Below, in pieces: positions 25,071-37,400 of a DNA stretch of 64,000 nucleotides. The DNA comes from Selaginella moellendorffii (lineage: Eukaryota; Plantae; Lycopodiophyta). Both the position numbers and the translations under genes were made by a program. Numbering within the stretch: position 1 is the stretch's first letter; each line of letters starts with the position of its first letter. The notes below the pieces were generated by a model. It was not told the origin of the DNA. It ran no database searches and saw only the letters and a list, made by a program, of their open reading frames with translations. The DNA lies in the NCBI RefSeq assembly GCF_000143415.4, contig NW_003314418.1, positions 72,537-136,536 on the forward strand, written 5' to 3'.

Positions 25071-25862
25071 TCATTTTTGTGCGCCGTGTTCTTGGTTCCG
25101 CTGAGCGCAGTGAGCGCTGCTTGTGTAAGCGGCGTTGTGGGCTGTGGTTTATTCGTCTACGAGCGGTTGCGGCATTGCGAGCGCCATTGCGGGCGGCAGT
25201 TTATGTGAGTGGCAGTTTGTGCGAGCGGCGCTACGAGCAGTTGCGGTGTTGTGAGCGGCGCTACGAGCAGTTGCGGTGTTGCGAGCGGCACTGTCTTTGG
25301 TGTGGCTACCGCTTCCTCTTGATATTCGGCACTTGTGCTTCTTGGTATGTTCACCATGGAATGGCTTAGGACCACATTTAGAAATGGCATGAGGCCACAT
25401 GCCATCTTGGGCCCTTGCAATTTCATGGCTAGCGTATTGTCATGTATGTTTTTACTTGCCTGCAGCTGTGTGTATATCAAGATGGCATGAGGCCTCATTG
25501 CATCTTTGGCCCCTGCTAGCCTATTGCCATATTCCTTTTGCCTTGCTGCAACTGTATATATTTTTGTATGGGTGACTAGTCACGCACACAAAAATATATA
25601 CAGTTGCAGCAAGGCAGGTTTACATTTTGAAACAGGCTAGCAGGGGCCAAAGATAGCGTGAGGCCTCATGCCATTAGTGGTACCACTAATGGCATGAGGG
25701 CTCATGCCAATTTTGTGAATGCAAAATTTCACGTGGGTGTCAATAGCATGTTTGAATAATGGCATGTGGCCTCATGCTATTGAGGTTGTTTGGTATGTTA
25801 TGATTTAGGCCATTCTCCAATCATTTTTTGTATGGTCTTAACTTCTTTTCTGCACTTTTAGA

Positions 25863-27780
25863 ATGGCCTTCAGGGTTGGGGAAAAAGTTTACATTTTGAA
25901 TGGTGGGAAGAGAGTTGCAAAAGGGACCCTTGTGTCTATGGATCGGAACTTTGTTATACACTGTCAAAGGCTTGGGGAAGGCAATGCTGCTGTATCAGTA
26001 GAGACTGTCTTCAATGGGAATGTGGTCGCTATTGAACGAGGAGAGATGGTCGTCGGGGTAAATGTTGTTGTTGCCTTGAAAAATCTTCAGAAGAAAGCAG
26101 ATGTTGGGGACAGCGCAAGTGCGACGCATGTTCCCTCCGTGGATCTTAAGAACCGTGCTACATGGATTCAGGCAAAGGTGTTTCTAAACAACCCCGAGGG
26201 GGAGGTGGTAGCTGAGGGCTTAGCCACAGTTGTCGATCCAAGAGATGCGGTTGCTAACCAAGAATTGGGCTGGGATGATATTGGAGTTGCAATTTTAGAG
26301 GTTGTTGACACAGAAGAAAACAGTCTGACTATTGGAAGCATTGTGCGGTGGAAATTGAGGCACTTAGTGTTTGAGAATGTGAAGGATTCACAATCAAACA
26401 CCACTACAACTGATGACAGAACATCTCTTCATGGGAAAAGAAAGTACACCTTCCTAAAGCGCAGCCAAAGGGATCTGAGCAACGAACCGAAAAGGCAAAA
26501 AATGGCGATGGAGGTTCGAATGGTCTCGACAGTTGCTTGTTGCAAGAGGAGGTGCTGTCAACATGCTGATTGGGATGCTATTGAAGAGGAGAGAGCAAGA
26601 TACAAGACATTATCCTGGAAGGCAGCTCGCAATTTTGTGTATGAGGCATTACGGTCATCTGTTGATGCTTCAGAACATCAGGTGGGGGGCATGGTCTTCC
26701 AGAGGGGTTTGGTTTGCATGAAGGCATGGAGAATCATTTATGAAGTCCCTCGAACCACATTCTACAGAATCAAAACTGAGTTCGAGGAACAAAGGGTTCA
26801 ACAGGCAGTCCAATGTCCTCACCCTCCCACAACTCTACGATGAATTCCAAAATTGCATCAAAGGCACTGTTGAAGCTGCACTTCTGACAGAGGTTCCAGA
26901 CTTTAAGGGGTTTGTAAGAGGCTATATCAGGGACGGATCCGAAACGCTGATTGGCCACTCCAAGCCTCTTCAGTTTCATTTCAGCATGCGTGACGATGCT
27001 CCAGTGATGAGGTACAAGATGAGAGAATGGGGCACAGTGTGGCTGCCAGTGGACGGCATTGAACTCTTCAAGAGAGATCCCATAACTGGGGAACCTATGA
27101 TTCCTCAGGGTTCCCCACGACTGATGCACCCGGATGGACTCAAAGACCAGGAAACTATAGTGGCCGGGATTAGACAGCATATTGCCTTCTGGAAGAGGGG
27201 GTTGGTGTTTGGTGGAGAATCCTATTTTCAGAGGTGCAAGCCTTTGCTCGAATACTGGGAGAAGATTATATCTGCTATCCAAAATGGGCCGGTTGTATAT
27301 GAAGAATTGGAAGAGTCCTTTTGGCCAGAACCCAGAGCACCAGATAGTAGTGGAACAATGTCCTCTGGAAATGCAGTGACAGATAACGATGTTGAGGATC
27401 ACTATTGTGGGCCGAGGAACAAGAAGCCGGATTCAGCATTCAATCCAGTACAGGTCTGCAAAGGAATGGTCATGCTTGTCAGACCCAGTAATAAAAAACA
27501 AATGATATGGGTGGGGCGCTGCATCATTGATGCAGAGGAGGACGCGGAAACTAACTCCTTCAATGTAACTGTGGAGTGGTTCAAGCCAAGTTCCGGATAT
27601 ACAAAGGATTGCCTAGAAAAGAGATGGGTGCTGAATCCAAGGGATCCCAGCATGAGCATATCGGTGGATAATGTTGTGCATGGTTGGATGCGGAAGCAGA
27701 GTGCCACCATCACCTTGCCAGACCATGCAAGAGATGCAGCAAGAGCATTCATAACCCGGGTTCAAGGTGAGATTCATTAA
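25863..27780 (+). pseudogene. Sola-like transposase copy 1, catalytic core deleted
   Basis: Near-identical to 30557-33625 but lacks the 1151 bp equivalent to 31507-32657. The junction lies at a TCCA microhomology near 26810 and causes a frameshift. Confidence 0.88.
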
Positions 27781-30177
27781 TATTCCTTTACTAAGTTTCT
27801 AATGTATTTTATTTCAAGGTGAACAATCCGAATCTGAATCAGAGGAGGCGTGATGGCATGTGGCCTGAGATGATGTGACATATGCATTTACCAATCACAC
27901 GTGCATAAATCTAATAATATGGCGTGTGGCCCATATTAATGGCACATAAACCCATATTGTGGGCTTACGTGCTTTATGTACCATCATTCCCTTGCAGCGT
28001 GTGTGTTGGTTTCCTTTTATAACACAACGAACTCCATATTTTAGGGTGAAGAGCGTTCTCATGGCAAGCACAAAATCTGTAAGTGAGGCAGAAAAGGAGA
28101 CAGAGAAGGAGATAGGTGAAGATGTAGAATATATAAGTCTTCCAAACTCCCCGTACTATACTCCAGGTGATCATTTTTCTGAACAAACGGCAACATTAAC
28201 AACTATCGAGAACGCCCCAGTAACGTCAGAGACAACAATCCAAAGCAAAACAATTGACCCGGAGAAGGATGATAGTACCGCTGAGAGTACCAAAAAGGAG
28301 GTGTCCACTAGCGCTTAGGCTTATAATGGCGTGTGCCCTCATGCCATTTACTTGATCACCAAATACCTTTTTCCCTTTGCACTAGTATATCTTAATACCG
28401 GTCTGAGAAATAGAATGGCATGTGCCCTCAGGCCTTTTACTAAATCACCTTGAAAGAAATGCAAGCCTCTATGTCGTAAAAAAAAGGTACTGAGAGAAAT
28501 TCCTTAAGCAAGACGTACGGCCTCTTNNNNNNNNNNNNNNNNNNNNNNNNNNNNNNNNNNNNNNNNNNNNNNNNNNNNNNNNNNNNNNNNNNNNNNNNNN
28601 NNNNNNNNNNNNNNNNNNNNNNNNNNCGTAGCGGGCTTCCACGAGATTACATTGAGTTTTTTGGAGATCCAACCGTTAGATCGCAACTAGATTTTACAGA
28701 ATGGTATACAATGTCTTTCTTGATGACCCTGCAAAGAAGCATCTCGATCGGACACCACATGAGACCACACGAGCCTTACAATGTTTCAGGGGCATTTGCC
28801 ATAGATCCGACCGTTATTTGCTCCAAGATTTTACAGTTTGGTGTGCATTGACCTTTCCATCGACACTGCAACGGGACATCACAATCAGATGTGGGATCAC
28901 AAGAAACTAACTTCACTAACTTTGGTTTCACCAAGATCTACGTAAGGAGTTATGAAATGAAAGGACCCTCTCTATTGAAATGTGTTTATGGTCCTAGGGG
29001 CATTGTGACATATCAAAGGATTTTGCATCAAGGTCTGTATTTGCATGTTTATCAAGCTACTGAATTGCTAAACCCTAAACCCTAAACATGTGGCAAATGC
29101 TGCGTGAAGAAAGATGCCCTTTCTGGGCAAATGCTGTAAGAGGCAGATGCCGAGCAGATGTATCTCATGCTAGCGAAGGGGACAAACGAAAGCTAGCTAT
29201 AAACATGACGGGATGCAAATAGATTACTAGGCTGGTCCTGCAAAAATCAGAAACCATAATTGAAAACATTGAAAATGCAAAAAGAAAGGTTTATAATATT
29301 TTTAAATTTTAAGCAACCAAAGGAATGTAAGTAGGGCATGTGTTTGTAAGTTTAAAAATGCCTCAACCACTTAAATTCCCAAGTAAATAAAGCTGTTTCT
29401 ATTTTTGGTACAGGTAAACTTTATAGCGTGTGGGCTCATGCAATTTTAAACCCAAAAATGCACCAAAAAATGCTCGACTAGCATTATTCTTTGAATGGCA
29501 TGTGGCCTTATATTGCCATAAATGGACGTACACACACAGCATAATTATTCCTTTACACGGCGAATAATCTTGGCGCGGATCGCTGACATGGCATGGCAAA
29601 GTTCGAATCACTGACATGGCACAGCTGGATCGAGGCAAGGACATGATGTGACAAAGTTCAACCTCCGACAGCAAAGTCTAGAAGCTACTCAGTTTGAAAT
29701 TTGTCAGAGGAGTCATAAGATCTGGTTTGTCAGAGGATTTGATGTGACATTCAAGCGTGTGTTATTTTTGAATTCTCGAACTCATTCCTAGGTCTATCAT
29801 TTTTGTGCGCCGTGTTCTTGGTTCCGCTGAGCGCAGTGAGCGCTGCTTGTGTAAGCGGCGTTGTGGGCTGTGGTTTATGCGTCTACGAGCGGTTGCGGCA
29901 TTGCGAGCGCCATTGCGGGCGGCAGTTTATGCGAGTGGCAGTTTGTGCGAGCGGCGCTACCAGCAGTTGCGGTGTTGCGAGCGGCACTGTCTTTGGTGTG
30001 GCTACCACTTCCTCTTGATATTCGGCACTTGTGCTTCCTGGTATGTTCACCATGGAATGGCTTAGGACCACATTTAGAAATGGCATAAGGCCACATGCCA
30101 TCTTGGGCCCTTGCAATTTCATGGCTAGCGTATTGTCATGTATGTTTTTACTTGCCTGCAGCTGTGTGTATATCAAG

Positions 30178-30368
30178 ATGGCATGAGGCCTCATGCCATC
30201 TTTGGCCCCTGCTAGCCTATTGCCATATTCCTTTTGCCTTGCTGCAACTGTATATATTTCTGTATGGGTGAAAAATATATACACAAAAATATATACAGTT
30301 GCAGCAAGGCAAAAGGAATATAGCAACAGGCTAGTAGGGGCCAAAGATAGCGTGAGGCCTCATGCCAT
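30178..30368. repeat. ~190-bp inverted repeat capped by two 22-bp palindromes, upstream of the transposase
   Basis: Arms of ~85 bp (...ttttgccttgctgcaactgtatatattt / aaatatatacagttgcagcaaggcaaaagg...). A partly altered counterpart lies at ~25482-25675. Confidence 0.88.
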
Positions 30369-30556
30369 TAGTGGTACCACTAATGGCATGAGGGCTTATG
30401 CCAATTTTGTGAATACAAAATTTCACGTGGGTGTCAATAGCATGTTTGAATAATGGCATGTGGCCTCATGCTATTGAGGTTGTTTGGTATGTTATGATTT
30501 AGGCCATTCTCCAATCATTTTTTGTATGGTCTTAACTTCTTTTCTACACTTTCAGA

Positions 30557-33500
30557 ATGGCCTTCAGGGTTGGGGAAAAAGTTTACATTTTGAATGGTGG
30601 GAAGAGAGTTGCAAAAGGGACCCTTGTGTCTATGGATCGGAACTTTGTTATACACTGTCAAAGGCTTGGGGAAGGCAATGCTGCTGTATCAGTAGAGACT
30701 GTCTTCAATGGGAATGTGGTTGCTATTGAACGAGGAGAGATGGTCGTCGGGGTAAATGTTGTTGTTGCCTTGAAAAATCTTCAGAAGAAAGCAGATGTTG
30801 GGGACAGCGCAAGTGCGACGCATGTTCCCTCCGTGGATCTTAAGAACCGTGCTACATGGATTCAGGCGAAGGTGTTTCTAAACAACCCCGAGGGGGAGGT
30901 GGTAGCTGAGGGCTTAGCCACAGTTGTCGATCCAAGAGATGCGGTTGCTAACCAAGAATTGGGCTGGGATGATATTGGAGTTGCGATTTTAGAGGTTGTT
31001 GACACAGAAGAAAACAGTCTGACTATTGGAAGCATTGTGCGGTGGAAATTGAGGCACTTAGTGTTTGAGAATGTGAAGGATTCACAATCAAACACCACTA
31101 CAACTGATGACAGAACATCTCTTCATGGGAAAAGAAAGTACACCTTCCTAAAGCGCAGCCAAAGGGATCTGAGCAACGAACCGAAAAGGCAGAAAATGGC
31201 GATGGAGGTTTGAATGGTCTCGACAGTTGCTTGTTGCAAGAGGAGGTGCTGTCAACATGCTGATTGGGATGCTATTGAAGAGGAGAGAGCAAGATACAAG
31301 ACATTGTCCTGGAAGGCAGCTCGCAATTTTGTGTATGAGGCATTACAATCATCTGTTGATGCTTCAGAACATCAGGTGGGGGGCATGGTCTTCCAGAGGG
31401 GTTTGGTCTGCATGAAGGCATGGAGAATCATTTATGGAGTCCCTCAAACCACATTCTACAGAATCAAAACTGAGTTCGAGGAACAAAGGGTTCAACAGGT
31501 AGTCCATGGGAACGATGGTACGCACAAAACCAGGGGTCATGTTGTATATGGAGAGGCAATCTTCAAGAGGTTTGTCGAGACATGTAGCGAGCAGCAACCA
31601 CATAAAACCCGCCTCTTGGAAGATGGAACACGAGACACCCAACGAGTTCTCCCTTCCATGTATACCAAGGGGGCCATATTGGAAGATGTGAATCGGGAAC
31701 TCTAAAGTAATGGCTACAGGAAGCTGAGCCAATCTAGATTTAGTAGATTGTGGAGCAACAGGTTCAGGGATGTGAGTATAGGAAAGTACTCCAGCTTTTC
31801 AAAGTGTGACGAGTGCACTGCTATCAAAATGGCTTTGTCGAAGAATTCTTGCAGCGCTCAAGAGCGAGAGACGTTGGTTAGAAGGCGGCTCGACCACAAC
31901 ATCGAGCAGAGAAGTTGCAGGACTGCATATTATCATAATAGGATTCTCTCCATGGAGAGACCTGACTCTTACCTCTGCATCATCCACGACAAAATGGACC
32001 AGAAAAAGACGTGCTTACCTCGACTCAATCCTGCCCCCAAGGCAATCTCTTCATCCATGCAGCTGCCTGTGTCTCTGTTTGGCATAATCGCTCATGGGCA
32101 TGGTGCCCAGAACTATGGGAACTTCTTTGTACCTCTATGGGGTGGCGGGGGTGCAAACATGATGATTGCGTCCCTAGCAAAACACTTAAGGTCTCTGCAA
32201 AGTGCGCAGACTGAGCTGAACGGCCAACCCTTGCATAAGGCCCTTGTCGATCGAACCCCATACAGGGTTCAACTGGAGGAGGAGCAAAGGCTTGCAGTAT
32301 CGCGTGGGGCCCCATGCCATCCCAGTGAATATGTTGGCCGTCAGATTGTAGGGTTATCACGTGAGGCCTCATGCCATTCCGACGAGGCTGGTCGCCCGGT
32401 GAATGCACAGCCTCATCCAAACGAAGCAGAATCTCAAGGAAGTTCTTGCGGCCGATGTGGCCTTCCACCCCATCTTCTGCTCCAAACAGACAATGCTGGC
32501 AGTGAGAACAAAAACATGTACGTCTTCGCGTACTTGGCGATGCTTGTTGCCAAAGGCATATTTGAAACGGTTACACTTGGCTTTCTCATGGTTGGGCACA
32601 CTCATGAAGACGTCGATGCCATGTTCAGTCACCTGGCAGAGTCCCTCCGGCGATCCAATGTCCTCACCCTCCCACAACTCTACGATGAATTCCAAAATTG
32701 CATCAAAGGCACTGTTGAAGCTGCACTTCTGACAGAGGTTCCAGACTTTATGGGGTTTGTAAGAGGCTACATCAGGGACGGATCCGAAACGCTGATTGGC
32801 CACTCCAAGCCTCTTCAGTTTCATTTCAGCATGTGTGACGGTGCTCTAGTGATGAGGTACAAGATGAGAGAATGGGACACAGTGTGGCTGCCAGTGGACG
32901 GCATTGAACTCTTCAAGAGAGATCCCATAACTGGGGAACCTATGATTCCTCAGGGTTCCCCACGGCCGATGCACCCGGATGGACTCAAAGACCAAGAAAG
33001 TATAGTGGCCGGGATTAGACAGCATATTGCCTTCTGGAAGAGGGGGTTGGTGTTTGGTGGAGAATCCTATTTTCAGAGGTGCAAGCCTTTGCTCGAATAC
33101 TGGGAGAAGATTATATCTGCTATCCAAAATGGGCCGGTTGTATATGAAGAATTGGAAGAGTCCTTTTGGCCAGAACCCAGAGCACCAGATAGTAGCGGAA
33201 CAATGTCCTCTGGAAATGCAATGACAGATAACGATGTTGAGGATCACTATTGTGGGCCGAGGAACAAGAAGCCGGATTCAGCATTCAATCCAGTACAGGT
33301 CTGCAAAGGAATGGTCATGCTTGTCAGACCCAGTAATAAAAAACAAATGATATGGGTGGGGCGCTGTATCACTGATGCAGAGGTGGACGCGGAAACTAAC
33401 TCCTTCAATGTAACTGTGGAGTGGTTCAAGCCAAGTTCCGGATATACGAAGGATTGCCTAGAAAAGAGATGGGTGCTGAATCCAAGGGATCCCAGCATGA

Positions 33501-33625
33501 GCATATCGGTGGATAATGTTGTGCATGGTTGGATGCGGAAGCAGAGTGCCACCATCACCTTGCCAGACCATGCAAGAGATGCAGCAAGAGCATTCATAAC
33601 CCGGGTTCAAGGTGAGATTCATTAA
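30557..33625 (+). pseudogene. Sola-like DDD transposase copy 2, ~1022 aa with two in-frame nonsense codons
   Basis: The ORFs at 30557, 31214 and 31748 share one frame, broken by TGA 31211-31213 (CGA in copy 1) and TAA 31703-31705. Motifs: FSKCDEC, CIIHDKMD, LQTDNAGSENKN, FLMVGHTHEDVDAMFS. Confidence 0.85.
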
Positions 33626-34807
33626 TATTCCTTTACTAAGTTTCTAATGTATTTTATTTCAAGGTGAACAATCCGAATCTGAATCAGAGGAGGCTTGATA
33701 TAGTGTGTGAGGTAAAACAAAGATGATGTGACATATGCATTTACCAATCACACGTGCATAAATCTAATAATATGGCGTGTGGCCCATATTAATGGCACAT
33801 AAACCCATATTGTGGGCTTACGTGCTTTATGTACCATCATTCCCTTGCAGCGTGTGTGTTGGTTTCCTTTTATAACACAACGAACTCCATATTTTAGGGT
33901 GAAGAGCGTTCTCATGGCAAGCACAAAATCTGTAAGTGAGGCAGAAAAGGAGACGGAGAAGGAGATAGGTGAAGATGTAGAATATATAAGTCTTCCAAAC
34001 TCCCCGTACTATACTCCAGGTGACCATTTTTCTGAACAAATGGCAACATTAACAACTATCGAGAACGCCCCAGTAACGTCAAAGACAACAATCCAAAGCA
34101 AAACAACTGACCCAGAGAAGGATGATAGTACCGCTGAGAATACCAAAAAGGAGGTGTCCACTAGCACTTAGGCTTATAATGGCGTGTGCCCTCATGCCAT
34201 TTACTTGATCACCAAATACCTTTTTCCCTTTGCACTAGTATATCTTAATACCGGTCTGAGAAATAGAATGGCATGTGCCCTCAGGCCTTTTACTAAATCA
34301 CCTTTGAAAGAAATGCAAGCCTCTATGTCGTAAAAAAAAGGTACTAGAGAAATTCCTTAATAATATGAATGTTATTTAGTTTCATGAAAATACACTAAGG
34401 GTCAAATGAGTTAAATGACTTCTCCAGACTAGCAATGCCTCTTGCTACACCTTCACAATTAAATTCGTTAGAAAAAGATAACATTGAATAATATCTAAAT
34501 GTTCTCACCATTAAGTGATATGTCTGGCTAATAGGAATGACGTTCATCTTGGAAAGCTCACCACACGCTCAATGAACAAACAAATAGTGTGTGCACGCAT
34601 GCCATCGCTCTTCTTTAGCTTCAGATTCGGCTTGTTCACCTTGACAATGAGATTTATTATACAACCAAATGGACTCAGTCTGGACATAAAATCACCGCGC
34701 TAGTCACCATGCCCCAGATATGTCTAGCCCCTGGACAAAAAACATATAATTTCACGTCATTTTCAAATACTTGAAAATTTGTACCTAGTCCCATTTTACT
34801 GAATAAA

Positions 34808-34831
34808 TCCCACTTTAACGAAATAGAGCTT
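34808..34831 (-). repeat. Right TIR (24 bp)
   Basis: tcccactttaacgaaatagagctt followed by the TSD aagt. Confidence 0.95.
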
Positions 34832-35579
34832 AAGTTGGAAATTTGTTCTATGGTATAGAGGAAATGTCAACAAAATCGGAGGCAAATTGGTACATCAATG
34901 GGAAGGACCATTCAAGATCACAAGTATGCAAACACCCGGCACAACTCACTTAGTGACACTTGATGATGAAGAAATTCAAATAGTCAATCTCAACAAATTG
35001 AGAAAATATCAAGAACCAAGTATAGCGTATATGCAAGCCAAGCACACCATGCTGGAATTGACTACCAATGAAACCAATACAACTCACGTTGTCCACAAAA
35101 TAGGTCCACAACAATTACAAACAACTCTACTCAAGCAAAAACTTAGTGAAAATGCAAGAACACCATATGAATGAAACAATAAAACAGAGTTAGCCCTAAC
35201 CCTGACAGTGAGGTAGTGCGCGCTGGAACATCACAAGGGTAAGCTTGAGTGGCAAGGAAATTTTGAGATCACAAGTGCGCTAGAGAGTGATCGTCAGCTA
35301 AGCGCTCTCACCCATCTCAAATGAGTGCATCAAATTCTAAGAAACACACCAATCGAGAGAAACAAGAAGAAAGCAAGTAGAAAAGAGAGTGCCCACAAAA
35401 GAAGCAAGAAGAGTGTGTTCACGAGTATAGAAAGAGCGCTCATATCTTTTCCTCTATTTGCATCACAGGTACAAGTGCATTCTCAACAGCACTGAAAAGT
35501 CGATACAATGTGAACCAGGCAAACACCCAAGACAGATATTGTCATCCTTTCTCAAAATCTTGAGTGGCAATTCAATGCC

Positions 35580-37400
35580 AATGTTAAGCGTTGGACTCGC
35601 ATTCACAGCCTCTTCAACTTTGCAGAACGAATGGCGGGATATCTCATGAATCAAGTGAGCAACGAGAAGGCTCACTTGATGGATCTCGCCACCGGCCAGG
35701 TTGAACTTGAAGATTCGGAGTTGGCAGCAGCTCTATGTCTCCCAGCCGAAGGCGAGCCAGACTCTACTCCACACACACGGGCTTTAAGTCATGACATCAT
35801 GAAAGATCCCAAGAGCTACATCTCGGCGCTTAGTTTGCAATTCTCCAACGTCAAGGACGAGCTCTACAAAATCTTCAAGTTCCTTGTTCTCAACCTGGAG
35901 TTTTGGAAGACTGCCACAACAGTGAGCAGATCCGTGGCCTTCATCTACAAGGATCTTCAAGCTAGGAAGAAAGTGGATTTAGCAGGATATGTGATCCCAA
36001 AGTTTTGCAGGGATCTTAAGAAGGTGACAGCAGATCTCAACATGAGGAGATGTGTGAAGACACTAATACTACCATATGTCCGAGCCATCATCATGCATAG
36101 AAGTCAAGCCATGGTGATCTACAGTCCACCACCTCTACCTCTGCAGCACGCAGCCACAAAAAGTTCAAAGCGCCAAGCTTAAGACCACTTGATGAACACT
36201 GAGGAGAAAAAGGTCCAGGAAAAGACAGCAGCAACTCCATGAAGAAAGACATGGGGACAAGGCTGAAGAAACGTTGTGCCTCCATAGATTGATAGTGATG
36301 ACAGTGATGTGCAAACAATCCAACACAAGGTGCCGAAATGGCAACAACCAACGAGAACCTCTAGCTCCAAAACAAAACGGCAGCAGAGTTTGGCACCTAC
36401 TCAGCCATCAACGAAGAGCTTGCAGCCTTCAAGCTCACCACAGCTGGATTTGCCACCATCACCACTACATGAACTGGCACCATCTCCATCTCCAACGACA
36501 ACAATTCCAGTGGACAATCACGTTTCGCTGACGCAGGATATTCTTGAAAATCTTAAGATAGTTACAATTCCACCATCCATTGTGCAAGGGCACAACACTC
36601 TTCACGAACCACCCGTGCAGCAGGAGCAGTCCATTGAGCAACACCAGCCTCAGTAGCAGCAGCCTCCACCGCAGCAGCCCGTCGAGCAGCACCAACCTTC
36701 GCTGCCACAGCCTATTGAGCAGCCGTCTCCACCACACCAGCAAGCTGAGGAGCAGCCATCTTTGCCGCAGCAACCAACCGAGCTACAGCAGCCTGCTGAG
36801 CCGCACCAGACATTTGCTCTAGACACCACTGCCGATGACATGTGCAGCCGCCTCATTCAGCAATTCAACGCCAGTTTCATCACGAACGCATGAGCAACAA
36901 GCACCATCATTATGATAAATATGCCACCAACAACGTTCCAATCAAGACAGAGGAGCAACAGCAACCGAAAGTGATCCATCCCATGCCTACAAACTTCTTG
37001 GAGCAATACCATAACTCCAACATGGTGGTGTACACATGGGATGGTATGGAGAGTTTCTTTTGCAACGTTTTTGTATGACCACATGAGGAGAAGATGGCAA
37101 GCATGGCTCAAGAACTCGATTAGGTAAAGGGAATCCTTTGCACTATACAACCTCATGGACTCCCAACACCAAACACCTGCCGAGAATCTTTTGAGTTAGC
37201 ACAGTAGTACCAACTTGAGAATGCCCGCATCACCAAAGAAAACATGGAGCTCAAGGCCAGACTTCAAGTTCTCAAGTCTGCCATTAAGAACTACACTCGT
37301 GACGAGCTCAAAGACTATGAGGAAGAACCAGAGGCTAACACCACAACTGCTACTATTACCACAATGGTTGCTTGAGCCGTAGGAGCTGCTCAACTCTAGT
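35580..37400 (+). pseudogene. Extra 3' ORF of the host Gypsy (P/Q-rich middle, coiled-coil-like end)
   Basis: Consecutive broken frames (35631-36182, 36309-36656 and onward) lie downstream of the integrase on the same strand. Function not recognisable. Confidence 0.5.

Larger units (their letters stand above)
23900..34360 (+). repeat. Direct duplication of the transposase half of the element (~23900-28508 and ~28640-34360) separated by an N-gap
   Basis: Long near-identical sequence and duplicated ORFs. Both unit boundaries fall within a few tens of bases of the gap at 28527-28626. Confidence 0.9.
16720..34831. mobile_element. 18.1-kb TIR DNA transposon, Sola-like
   Basis: Perfect 24-bp TIRs AAGCTCTATTTCGTTAAAGTGGGA (16720-16743 and 34808-34831) with 4-bp TSD AAGT (16716-16719 and 34832-34835). 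Removing it restores the host integrase sequence. It encodes a DDD transposase. The boundaries are read directly; the superfamily is inferred from the 4-bp TSD and the motifs. Confidence 0.9.
6006..37400 (+). mobile_element. Decayed non-chromovirus Ty3/Gypsy element hosting two nested insertions; LTRs not identified
   Basis: gag at ~7370-8600 (FPYTLKGKALEWY; CCHC knuckle CTKCKNEGHSISDC). RT at 9920-10550 (WLSPLVIVPKKNGKLR, FMDDF). RNase H at ~10760-11100. Integrase at 11300-12002 continues at 16438-16719 and 34832-35020 (RFEV|GNL..WY, WEGPFKI). A downstream extra ORF lies at ~35580-37400. Many stops and frameshifts. Confidence 0.85.

Noticed and set aside
17100-34300. CRISPR-like array interpretation of the 22-bp palindromes
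   Set aside because: Spacing is irregular, copies are degenerate and dispersed in introns and exons, there are no cas genes, and the context is eukaryotic.
16719-34832. Tc1/mariner (TA TSD) or CACTA assignment
   Set aside because: The inverted match can be extended by one base, but only the AAGT duplication restores the host integrase. The termini are not CACTA and the catalytic motifs are not DD34E/D or Transposase_21.
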